DNA of 64,000 nucleotides. It comes from Alloascoidea hylecoeti (lineage: Eukaryota). This document shows positions 51,611 through 63,217 of the stretch, in pieces. Both the position numbers and the translations under genes were made by a program. How positions within the stretch are numbered: the first letter of the stretch is position 1; each line of letters opens with the position of its first letter. Location of the stretch: assembly GCA_001600815.1 (NCBI GenBank), contig BCKZ01000005.1, forward strand, positions 974,875 through 1,038,874. The letters run 5' to 3'. The notes under the pieces were generated by a model that was not told where the DNA came from, searched no databases, and worked only from the letters and a program-made list of their open reading frames with translations.

Positions 51611-52939
51611 ATGGCCATGGAGACTGTTACAGACAAATTCAAACAGTACAGCGATGAAATTGAGAAAACATTCAGTGAAAATAGGCATCAGCTATCCGAG
51701 GTGGACCCCAGCATTTTTTTTGGCGACCTTAGTAAGGAGGAAAATTTAAATGAGTTGATAGCGCTTACTAGAAAAAGTATATTCGTCAATAGCAGTGCAC
51801 TTGTATTACAAAACCTTCTGTGCAATTTACCCATGACAGGTTTGTTTATAACTGGGTATAATGGTATGCCAAATATAGATAGATCAAGTGGTGCTGCTAG
51901 AAAGACTGGATCAAGTGGTGCTGTTAATGTTAATACTAGTTCCAAGATAAATCAAATGAGTGATTATTTTTACACAACTTCATTTATCAATGGTGAGACA
52001 CTAAAATTCGAAGCAGAAAGTATTTGGTTGGAGACAGCATTATCGCAATTAGATGGCCCTAGAGTAAAAATGACAATGTGTATAATCTTGGATGGTATAT
52101 TGGATGTCAAACTGGGCCCTCAAGAAAGATTTTCCGAAGCAGATATATCTGCTTTTATAAGTAATAAATTGCTTGATCCTGGTATTCGTTTTTACAATAG
52201 AATAACTGAATCTGGTTTAACTTTGCACAGAGAAAAACCTGGAAAGCTAATGATGAGAACTAGAAAAAGAAATGTATCAACAAGATCAGATTTTACTATT
52301 TCTAGTAAAAATAACCCTGATATTATCACTATTGAGACGAAAATACCTCAATTAGAAAAAATGGTGGGGGGTGTCAGTGGGTTTAACCCCGATGATAAGT
52401 TTAAAGAAAAAGCTAATCAAGTTATCCAACAAGCACTCGCACTTGGAACACCATTTGGTATTCTAAGTGATGGAGTCTTGATCTTTTTATTCGAAATACC
52501 ATTAGATACAGAATTGAAAGATTATGAAGCAAAATTACCTAATAAAGGATCTAAATATAAGGAACTACCAATCAATTACAAAGTTATAAGAGCTCATGAA
52601 AACGGAGTTTTTTTAATATTTTTATTGTTTCTGAAAAAAGCAATTGACTTTTTCAATATTCACACTAGAGAAGAAGTGAAAGAAAAATTACAACATTTTG
52701 CGAATTGGTTAGAGAAATCGGTCGAAGAAACCATCATTGCTGAAACTGAATCTCGAGATAAGATGAAAGATTACTTTTTATTTTCTGAGGAATCTAAAAA
52801 TGTAGACATCACACGGGATATGAATTTAAGGATAAAATTCAGTTCTTTTCAAGAAAAAGATCGGATTCAGCTTTCCAAGCTTCCAAATGAACGTTATCAT
52901 TCACAGGTACTGCGTTGTTCATCACAGCAACCCTTTTAA
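51611..52939 (+). CDS. PD-(D/E)XK restriction-endonuclease-fold protein; N-terminal part of a nuclease-kinase gene
   Basis: Motifs in order: FSEADISAFI, RSDFTI, ITIETK, NQVIQQAL and TPFGILSDG, as in HsdR-N-like nucleases. The ORF ends in the first strands of a kinase N-lobe (RYHSQVLR). Confidence 0.68.
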   Translation: MAMETVTDKFKQYSDEIEKTFSENRHQLSEVDPSIFFGDLSKEENLNELIALTRKSIFVNSSALVLQNLLCNLPMTGLFITGYNGMPNIDRSSGAARKTGSSGAVNVNTSSKINQMSDYFYTTSFINGETLKFEAESIWLETALSQLDGPRVKMTMCIILDGILDVKLGPQERFSEADISAFISNKLLDPGIRFYNRITESGLTLHREKPGKLMMRTRKRNVSTRSDFTISSKNNPDIITIETKIPQLEKMVGGVSGFNPDDKFKEKANQVIQQALALGTPFGILSDGVLIFLFEIPLDTELKDYEAKLPNKGSKYKELPINYKVIRAHENGVFLIFLLFLKKAIDFFNIHTREEVKEKLQHFANWLEKSVEETIIAETESRDKMKDYFLFSEESKNVDITRDMNLRIKFSSFQEKDRIQLSKLPNERYHSQVLRCSSQQPF

Positions 52940-53537
52940 CCTTATAAGCGGACGTGAATATATTATTAAGTGGATTGACCCGGTCCTTGCTGTTTGTAAC
53001 AACAAAAGATTGATTAAGTTGGCTGAACCTTGTTACAATTATTACAAAGATGAACTACGAATCTACATGGTGTTATCAGAAAAAACAAATTTAGAGGACA
53101 TAGTGCCTAAGCTTCATGGAATAGGTTTTTGTACCTTATTTGGTGATAATGGTGAAACCGTTAGTGCAGGATTATTCCTGTTACTAGAATACATTGATGG
53201 TAAAGAACCTGATTTTTCAGATGATAAAATATACGAAAAGGCAATGTCAAATTTGAAAAAGTTACACGATGCTGACATAACTCATGGGGACATTAAACTC
53301 CCAAACATAAGGGTAACAGACAAACAATATGTGTATTTTTTCGATTTTGGTTTAAGTAGCACAACTAAAGGAGATAAACCAAGAATTACTGATATTAAAA
53401 GCAAAAGGGATGAGGAAAAATTATACCGACTCAGGGAAGAAGCTTTAAAAGCAAAAAAATATTCAGCACCAATAATAGAAGAAAGGGAAGAAACAATGGG
53501 AGAGGAAGGAAGAAAAAGAAGAAGATTAAATCCATAA
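52938..53537 (+). CDS. Protein-kinase-like domain (Bud32/RIO/FunK1-like) in the +1 frame relative to the nuclease ORF
   Basis: YIIKWIDP (beta3 Lys), YKDELRIY (helix C Glu), IVPKLHG, LLLEYIDG, HGDIKLPNI and FFDFG; C-terminal NLS-like RKRRR. Confidence 0.82.
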   Translation, partial: NLISGREYIIKWIDPVLAVCNNKRLIKLAEPCYNYYKDELRIYMVLSEKTNLEDIVPKLHGIGFCTLFGDNGETVSAGLFLLLEYIDGKEPDFSDDKIYEKAMSNLKKLHDADITHGDIKLPNIRVTDKQYVYFFDFGLSSTTKGDKPRITDIKSKRDEEKLYRLREEALKAKKYSAPIIEEREETMGEEGRKRRRLNP

Positions 53538-54277
53538 CCATAATTTACTATTTTTTTTTTATGATTTTACTTTATTTTATTTTATTTTATGAATATTACA
53601 TTATACCTTGTATAAATTTAAAACATCGAAAATGTACCAATTGCAAACTGATAAGAAGAACTTGAAATACCAAAGAAAAACACGAACTATTACTTTTGAT
53701 ATACCCAATAAACAATGAAAAGAAAATGAAGAAGAAGAATTAATTTATATAATAAATGACAATACTTTCTTAAACAAGATTAAAATACTCTAATAAATTC
53801 AGAGCGATATATACCTATACTCTTTGTTTAAAAAATGGGATAATATGGTAAAACATAAACAAATTTAATTAAAACAATCAATATCAGGAAAAAGAAGATC
53901 AATTCTCATAAAATAAAACAAAATTTAAAATGTACTATTATATTAATGATATGATTTTGGTGATGAATAAAGAGTAATTAATATGGATATTTTTAAAGAG
54001 CAAACTCAATCCTTTTTTTCTAATGAATTGTTGGTTGTTCCTTTTTGTTGTTGTAATATAATATGTGCCATGTTTTTTTTTGAATTTTTGAATTTGAATT
54101 TCATTCTTCATGATTACTTCTTTAATGGTGGTAATTTATAATTATATTGATATGGATATGTGACTATTGGTACAGTATGGTACAGTTGCAGCGAGAATAC
54201 AGATCTACAGAGAGAGACATTATAATACAAGTTAACAAAAACAAGTTTATTGCAATTGCCGCTTCTATAATATATTA

Positions 54278-54484
54278 TTACAAAATACTTTCATCCATTT
54301 CTTCATCACTATCAGCTTCATCCTCTATATTTACCTCTTCTTCTTCCTCATTTTCATCAGAATCATAAGTGTAAGATACAGACCTATTTTTATTACGAGT
54401 ACTTCTTCTTATGGCACCCTTTTCCTTTGACAATTGCCTATTTGCTTTTACTTGTTTTGGTCCTCTTTTTTTAAAGAAGGCCAT
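54278..54484 (-). CDS. Possible small basic/acidic protein (68 aa, or the first exon of a longer gene)
   Basis: ATG shortly downstream of a TATATA; basic half with IRRSTRNK followed by an acidic tract. Confidence 0.35.
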   Translation of the reverse strand: MAFFKKRGPKQVKANRQLSKEKGAIRRSTRNKNRSVSYTYDSDENEEEEEVNIEDEADSDEEMDESIL

Positions 54485-55330
54485 GCTTCAGTGTATATAT
54501 CTAGATTGGTTGGAGATTTTAATGGCAGAAAAAAGTTGTCACCGCACGTTCCTACACTAAGCTTCTAGAAGAGGCTTTTAATGAGATTCCTAAGGGTCGC
54601 ATATTCTAGCAGGATAGCACCATAAAGCTAAAATCGCGATGAATTAGTCTCGTGGAAATGAGACATAAATAGGTAGTAGCGCTCTTTTTGACCCCCAGAA
54701 CCTCTATCCCCCGTCGGACGTTAGCCATTTATGACATTAGAGGGGGTCAACACGGATATTGAGCTTACAATTTAAATTTATTTACACCATTTACAGAATA
54801 CTATGCACTACATTAGGAATTATTTAAGGCCTTGTAGAGTATTCAATGGGTACTTACATGTACAATATTGCCAATTTTATTTTTTGGAGGTGTCAAAAAA
54901 AAGATCACCAAACATTTATTTTGAACAACTATATATATATTTGGATTTTAAGAAGTTACCATTACAGCTGAGAATTAGGGGAGTCATGATTTTTGGTTAA
55001 GTTATTCATTGTGAATCGAGATCGTATTTCCATTTCCATTTGATCATTCTGCTGGTTTAAATCTTGTTAAAAGTACGCGACATAAGTTTATCATGTGGGC
55101 CAAATACTCTAAAATATCCCCTAAATTAAGTGGAATGACTGTATAAACTTTAAAAAAAATTTTGAACATTGGTAGAAAAATAAAAATAATAGTACCGTAA
55201 TTAATAATACAAATAAACAAATAATGATATATATAATAGAAAGAATAAAAACACATTTATGCATGCTGCCTAACAATTAACATAAATGAGGAACTGAATA
55301 ATTAAAATCAAACACAATCTTTTAAAATTT

Positions 55331-55865
55331 CTAAAGGCCAAATAATAACACGAAATAAAATGCAATAGCTAAAGCAGAAGTTGATTTTCCTAAATATTTG
55401 GTGTCGTAATATAGTCCAGTTAGAACATTTGCGGCTGAGGATATTGAATCATTTATGAGTGTTAGATTATCTGAGCTTATCGAAGTTGAATTGTGTGAAA
55501 TACTAAATGCTAAAATTGAGCTTGAAATTGAATCTGAAGATATTGGCATTGATGATGCGGTTTTTATAATAATCGACTGTTGTGGCAGTAGTACAATTAG
55601 TTTAGATAAAGTAATTTGAAATGAATCTGATAAAGTGCTCAAGTTAGTTGTAACAGGAGTGGACAGAAGTAAAGTAAAATGCTCTGTATTATACGTCTAT
55701 AGTTTTGAAGCACATAAATCTCTTTGTGAATATGTAATACACTTAGTTCCAATAAACTAATTTAAAATGAATCAAATGAAGTGCTCAAGAGAGTTGTAAC
55801 AGGAGTGAATGGAAGTAAAGGAAAATTCTCTGTACTATATACTTTTGAAGCACATAAATCTCTGC
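55331..55865 (-). pseudogene. Remnant of a GPI-anchored Ser/Thr-rich cell-wall protein with about 150-bp internal repeats
   Basis: Ser-rich ORF ending GKSTSALAIAFYFVLLFGL. Tandem repeats 55616-55722 and 55762-55863 encode DLCASK...TPVTT.LST..DSF with stops. Confidence 0.55.
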
Positions 55866-56524
55866 AAATATTAATATCCCATATACGTAATTAGCTATGG
55901 CAAACTTAAAATTGTAGTTAACAATATTACTACAATTGCCATCTATTATTTTCTATATATCTCGATGTAAAAGCATGCATTGTATTTAAGTTTTATTCCG
56001 GTTAGCTATCTATCATTAATCATTTACACTTATATACATATAACCTCATGGTATAAAGCCTATTCCCTTGGGTCCTGGTTCTTGCACATGCTATAAATAG
56101 TTCGTATAGTCACAAATTAGAGATTTAGACCTAGTAGCTTCCAACTTAAACAACCGTGTTTGCAGTTATGTTTTTTAATATCCTTATGGTTGGGGTTTAT
56201 ATGTTTGATGAACAAAGACAAAAAATATATAAAATATGTATATTTGTTACAATTAATTATTTTTTATATTTAGAATAAATATATTCAGTTATTTAGAATA
56301 TAGATAGTTTTTTAAACATATTTAGAATATATAAATAATCTACAAGTTCTTTAATATATTTTATATCTTTTACTAATAATGTCAGATATCGAAATGACAG
56401 AATACTATGTTTTACATATAAATATGTACATAAGGCCTTATATCCTTATTAATACATGATTCGATTCATTCGTTTCCTAACACTATCCCTCAAGCGAGGT
56501 GAAATATGTTGAAGGCATCTTGGA

Positions 56525-56572
56525 AATCAGCCGTTCAATCAGCCGTTCAATCAGCCGTTCAATCAGCCGTTC
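56525..56572 (+). repeat. Perfect 12-bp tandem repeat (AATCAGCCGTTC)x4
   Basis: Seen directly. Confidence 0.95.
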
Positions 56573-58129
56573 GATAATTATTGTGAATTCATTTCTTAAA
56601 TTGAAGTCTTTAAATGCCACACTAGTAATATTAGCTTCATGTAATTAGGCTAATTTGAATATCATTTTTCTAGTAGCGAGATCTACAGGTATTCGATCTT
56701 CATTCGTTCTAAAACTTCCTAGAGCAATAGATTCAATAGATACTATAGATCATTGTTGAATATCGATAGATATTTGCCAAGCATATGCCAATAATATTAA
56801 GAATCGCCAAGAATATTTAGATTACTATAAAAGTTAAATAAAAATTCTAATTCATAAATTTTATAGACTGTAAAATAGTTAATATTCAAAAGACTAAGAT
56901 GACTTCAATATATACACTTCAGTCATAATGCTATACCCTATCGTATACGTATGTCACCTAATAATCTTCTTCATTGGGATAATTCGTCAGAATCATAAGT
57001 TTTTAAAAAAAAAACTTTTCTTGAGTTGGTGAAAATAATCGAATAATACTATAGTTAACGTTAGACTTTATATATACGGCTTTATGCGTTGTTGAATAAG
57101 TTGGGACCTCAAAATAAAAAGTTTAACGAAAAGAACATATATATACACACAGTGGCAATTGCTAAAGTATAAAGGTATCTTCAATAAGGAGATTTTCTTC
57201 TAAACTTGCGATTAAGATTATTTTTTCCCATATGCTACTCATATAGGCAATATATAACTTGGACGAGCAATAACTTGGATGCTACAATATTGTTCAGTTG
57301 GAACCGTGAATTACAAAATCAGCACAAAATCTTATTATAGATGCTATCATTAAAATCTACCTAATCCCATAATTCTGAAAATATTTGTTGTATTTTTTTG
57401 TTTCGTGAGATTTCTTCCACAAGACTCCTACCATTATCTGAGGTATCTATCTACTCTTGAGGGGCAAGAGGTCATTTGGAGACCTTGATTATGTGTAAAA
57501 ATGGTTGTACCGCTAATCTAGAACCTTTTCGTGAGCTGGTTGATGAGATGTGTAGGCATGAAAAAACATCCGTCTCAAACATGCCCCCAAGGAACGGGAT
57601 AACAAAGCCTTATTGTTCTGCAAAATATCATGCGCTGGACATTGCAAGGCACAAGGAACTGAAAGTTAGATAGTTGGTTAAACCTTATTTAATCCTTATT
57701 ATCTTTATAAAATTATGATCTAGTTTAGCTACTTTTTTATATTTAAAAATATGTAAAATAAGAAATATACTTACACCATTACGTTTGAAGAATTAAACAG
57801 AAAGTCAAAGAGAGCTCTAGAAATTTTGTAAAGATTAAAGAATGAGAAATTAAAAAACGTTTTACTATAAAGCGACATCTGGTGGCGTTGTAACAATACA
57901 TACATATGGATTGAAACACTCTTCTTCACTGCCAGGCTCGGACCAAACGCTCTCTCTGAACCCCTCAATGATATTAGAAGAATTTAATCATTTTCTCCTT
58001 GTATAGATAATGCTGGTATAATTCTTTTTTTTTTCCATCGGTTGTTATGATTCTGGTGCGTAGAAGTTCTTTCTGAGGAGTGTGGAACGCCATCTACTAT
58101 TATCGAGGACTACGTGCTTCTATATAGGT

Positions 58130-58760
58130 AAAAAGCAGTACCAGTTATCCATTGTTTCTCCCATCTGGAAGCCTATTTTATCACAGTTATGAATACACTG
58201 CGGCTGCCAATGATATTCAGTCATTAAGACACTAAGAGCTTTATATTCAATTACAAGTTCCTTTTTATTACTACTAATTAAGTATTAAGAAACCGATATG
58301 GGTCTAATCCCATTTTTTTGATGTGATTCCTTATGGGAAAGTCACCCGCTCGCCCAATTATCATTAGTGACGTTCTTTATTGGGTTTTTTGTGGTAGGTA
58401 ATCATGTCCTAAATTGCTTCGGCCGCTCAATTAATCTATGAAAACAATAAAGCAGTTCTTTCTCAGTCGTCTCCTCTATTTTTTGCCTAGTTGAGTAGCA
58501 AGTTGGTCAGTTATCAGTTAAAGCTGAGGATGCGGATTGTACCCTATTGATACAATATTGGAGTGTTCAACAACCGGACGGCGTCCCTAGAATTATATTC
58601 AATCGATATTCAAGACTATTGCTTTCCATGGGTTTCAATCTACTTGTTGCCAGTATCTTAAAGTAAATGCTTTGAGAGTTCTTTTGAAGTTTCCCAATGT
58701 TGGTGCTTCTGTAGTGGATTCGGATAATCCTTAATGATAATTAAATCAGGTTTAAATCAG
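58130..58760 (-). mobile_element. Degenerate pogo/Fot1 (DDE_1) transposase remnant
   Basis: 58260-58141 translates as ELVIEYKALSVLMTEYHWQPQCIHNCDKIGFQMGETMDNW, resembling the pogo/Fot1 motif (Y.I.P..IYN.DETGF.MG). Upstream fragments IGYNPHPQL and GLSESTT weakly resemble the HTH regions. Confidence 0.55.
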
Positions 58761-59063
58761 GTTGAAAATGACGAGAAGCTGGTAACAAATCTCATCAACA
58801 ACCACCGGTATCAAAAGAGAGAATTTGTTACAATATATTAGGAGGTAAGAACAAAGGCTATAAGCACTAAAAATAATCTTTCTGGATTTTCAACGACTGC
58901 AATATGACATTTTGACACCTTCATAATAATTTTTTTTTTGGAAACGTTTGGGAAGAGGAAACAAAAATATTTTTTGAAGAAAAAATCATTTTCTATAAAT
59001 ATTTCATTGAAGAATTGAAATATCCATAGTTTGTAAAAGAAAAATTTTGAAATATAGTTAGAG

Positions 59064-59101
59064 AAACTAAAAACTAAAAACTAAAAACTAAAAACTAAAA
59101 A
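59064..59101 (+). repeat. (AAAACT)n microsatellite
   Basis: Seen directly. Confidence 0.9.
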
Positions 59102-60155
59102 CACATGATGAATTATGTGTCAAGGGAGATATTGGATGTATTACTAAAGAAGGTTGAAGTGTAACTATCGCTTTTTTCATATCTAGACTATATCGGTATT
59201 AGTGATATATTTAGCATTATGATCAAGATTTAAAATTTAGAAAGAGGCTGAAATTAAGTGGATCGAAGAAACTTAGAAGATCAAAAATGGAGAACTCACT
59301 TCGTCATTTAGCGTAGCATGTCTGACGACATGGATGAACTATAATTCTATATTTTGTATGGGCTGTTTCAAAGGGACCCTTATGCATACTCCCTGCATTG
59401 GTTTCCATCTTGTGCGACAATCTTGTGCGACAATCAGAAAAAAACATTATCGGTGCTGTTGATAACAGAATTCTCTGAGCTATATCAGAGAGATATAAAT
59501 AGAACGGACCACTGGCACGGTTGATAGCCTCTATAGAGATAGTTTTACTCTTAATATTGAGTCACGAACTTAGTAACGTGTTCAGATTATTCGTTACCAG
59601 TCGTCAGATACTGATTGATTGCGATATTTTATTTTTTATATAGCAATGTATAGTAATTCTTTACATTCATTTCTATAGTTTCTATAATTAGAGTTGAACT
59701 GTTAACCACATTCAGGAATGAAGTGAAAATTTTTACAATAATATCGATTCTTTATAATATAACTCTATTATTGCATTTGGGACCGGACATACCAAAAAGA
59801 GTCGCACGGCCTTGTGAGCTAGAGGAAAAATTAATTTTTAATTATTAAGCTAAACTTAGTTGAATATTGGATTATATTTTCTATTATAATTAATTCATTC
59901 TATCTAATCAATTATGGCTATGAAGATAATGAATATCCGATTGGGAAAGTGTTTGTAATTGGAAAGATCTTCTAATTTCTATCTAACAGCTATTTTTTAA
60001 TACATCAAATTGTTAATAGCTGGTTCAATGATCTCGGTTTGTATGTATAATAATATCGGATTCTCAGTTTACGTAGAAAGTCGTACCCACAAATGACTTA
60101 TTAATCAGTATACCTGCAGAACTTTTCCAATTCGTAAAAATCATTTCTGTGAAAA

Positions 60156-61382
60156 TCATTTCTGTGAATATAAATAAGCACCGTAAAAAACCAAAACAGT
60201 ACCAATTATAATCCCACCATTAACAGGATTTCCGAAAATCCAAATAGATAATAATAAACTTGTAAATTTTCTAATATTTAAAATGATCATAACTGTTAAT
60301 GCAGTAGTATTTCCAGCTAAATTTTGAACACCTCTAATACACATATATTGAGTAGCAGTTAATAATAATAAATTTAGTATTTGTTTTGATAAATAAATTT
60401 CTTTACCAAAAAATCCTTTAAATAAAATTGTTAAAAAATTAATATTTATTGATGGTTCTGAATTCCATAAATCCATAAATTGTTTAATTGCACTTTTTGA
60501 AATAAATAAAAAAAATGGTAATGCTAAAAAATGTTGAAAAAATAAATTTTCTCTCCAATGTTTTCCATATAATTTATAAGTATTTTCTAAATATAATGCC
60601 ATTATTGACATTAATATAGAAGATGTAAATAAAACACCAATACCAAAATAAAAAATTAATAATTCTTTAAATTCATCAATTTCTTTAATTTCTGTTGAAT
60701 CTGATGATAAATTTTTTGTTTTTAAATCAATTGCTTTTTTTGTTGATGATTCAGATGATGATAAAGTTGCAGCAATAACTCCTAATGTTAAAATAATTGA
60801 TGCTAAAATTTGTTTTTTTGAATATCTTCTACCCATAATATATCCAACAATTGTAGTTGTAACAACACCACTTGATCTAAAAATAATATGTAAAGGAACA
60901 GAAATATTTAAACCAAAAGCAATATTATTCATTAATGAAACAATAAAATATAATAAAACATTAATTATCCATCTTTTTAATGGAACTTTTGATTTTTTAA
61001 TAAATAATGGAGGATTTGAAGAATCAAAAAAATGAATATAACCTTCTAATGCAACGAAAAAAAATTGAAAAAAAGTTATAATACTATAAGTATTTGGAAA
61101 TTCGGATATAATTGATTCGGATGCATAAATTGTTGAACAACAACCACCAAAGATTAATGATAATATTAAGATCCATTCACCAATTGATGATTGAAATAAA
61201 CCTTTTAATAAACCAATTCTTGATATTCTATTTGATATTTCTATTGGATTTACTTGTTCTGGTTGTTGATTTTTTTCATTTAAATATTCTGGATTAGATA
61301 AAGTATTTTGTTCAAGATCGTGATCATAATCATTATCCATTAAAGGTAGTTTATAATCTTTATCTCCTGAAGTTTCTGACAT
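60156..61382 (-). CDS. YEA4: Nucleotide-sugar transporter, UAA family (Yea4/SLC35B4-like)
   Basis: LIFGGCCS, ITFFQFFFVA, ISVPLHIIFRS, HWRENLFFQH, TQYMCIRGV and LNIRKFTSLLLS; multiple TM helices. Confidence 0.88.
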   Translation of the reverse strand: MSETSGDKDYKLPLMDNDYDHDLEQNTLSNPEYLNEKNQQPEQVNPIEISNRISRIGLLKGLFQSSIGEWILILSLIFGGCCSTIYASESIISEFPNTYSIITFFQFFFVALEGYIHFFDSSNPPLFIKKSKVPLKRWIINVLLYFIVSLMNNIAFGLNISVPLHIIFRSSGVVTTTIVGYIMGRRYSKKQILASIILTLGVIAATLSSSESSTKKAIDLKTKNLSSDSTEIKEIDEFKELLIFYFGIGVLFTSSILMSIMALYLENTYKLYGKHWRENLFFQHFLALPFFLFISKSAIKQFMDLWNSEPSININFLTILFKGFFGKEIYLSKQILNLLLLTATQYMCIRGVQNLAGNTTALTVMIILNIRKFTSLLLSIWIFGNPVNGGIIIGTVLVFYGAYLYSQK

Positions 61383-61457
61383 TTTTTTTTATGATATGAA
61401 AAAGAAATAAAGAAACAAAATGTGTCACAAGATAAGAATATAAATAATGAAGATCAT

Positions 61458-61566
61458 AAAATTATAAATAAAATTATAAATAAAAATAAAATTATAAATA
61501 AAATTATAAATAAAAATAAAATTATAAATAAAAATAAAATTATAAATAAAATTATAAATAAAATTT
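61458..61566 (+). repeat. AT-rich minisatellite built from AAAATTATAAAT and AAAAAT units
   Basis: Seen directly in the divergent YEA4/epimerase promoter; (TA)n and (TACAG)n repeats follow at 61638-61730. Confidence 0.9.
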
Positions 61567-61832
61567 TATCTTTTTTCAGGAACCAACATATAAAAGTATT
61601 ATAATCGGTAATTATAATTATCAATTTATCATCAATTATATATATATATATATATATAGGGTATAACTTTATTTCAAAACTGTTTAATTTTTGATAGACG
61701 TACAGTACAGTACAGTACAGTACAGTACAGGTACATTAAGATTTATATATATATAAACCTTAGCCATGTTTAATACATATTTCTAGTTTATCTTAATACT
61801 TTATCATCATCCCTTAATTATAAAACTAATAA

Positions 61833-62960
<1,128 letters not shown>

Positions 62961-63217
62961 TAAGTACCAATGTGTAAACAGCCCAAAATACTCAAGATAC
63001 TCAAGATACTCAAAATACTGGCAATTATAATAAAAAAAAGTCGTGAATGGTTCGTGTTTTTGTTTTTGTTTGCTGTCAGGGCCTGCTGCACGTGTTCCAC
63101 ACATGGCCAAATGAGGCTTGCTGCTGGTGTGCATGCAGATGATAATAAGGCTGTCTATATAAATCTTTGATTCATTTCCTTTAATGTTTCTGTTCTTCGT
63201 ATCCATTCACATCCAGG

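Noticed and set aside
52887..52937. Independent kinase start at ATG 52887
   Set aside because: The +1-frame N-terminus (MNVIIHRYCVVHHS) looks non-homologous, whereas ORF1's YHSQVLR supplies the expected N-lobe strand; internal initiation is unlikely in a eukaryote.
52907..52970. An intron (GTACTG...TTAAG, 64 nt) joining the nuclease and kinase frames
   Set aside because: The donor is poor and splicing would delete the kinase beta3 lysine (IIK). The nearer acceptors (21 and 42 nt) do not change frame. Not fully excluded without RNA data.
57476..57968. ORFs 57476-57673 and 57771-57968
   Set aside because: No ATG start and no family motifs; possibly transposon debris.
56525..61730. Short tandem arrays as CRISPR-like or functional repeats
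   Set aside because: No spacers and a eukaryotic context; consistent with the replication slippage seen throughout the window.
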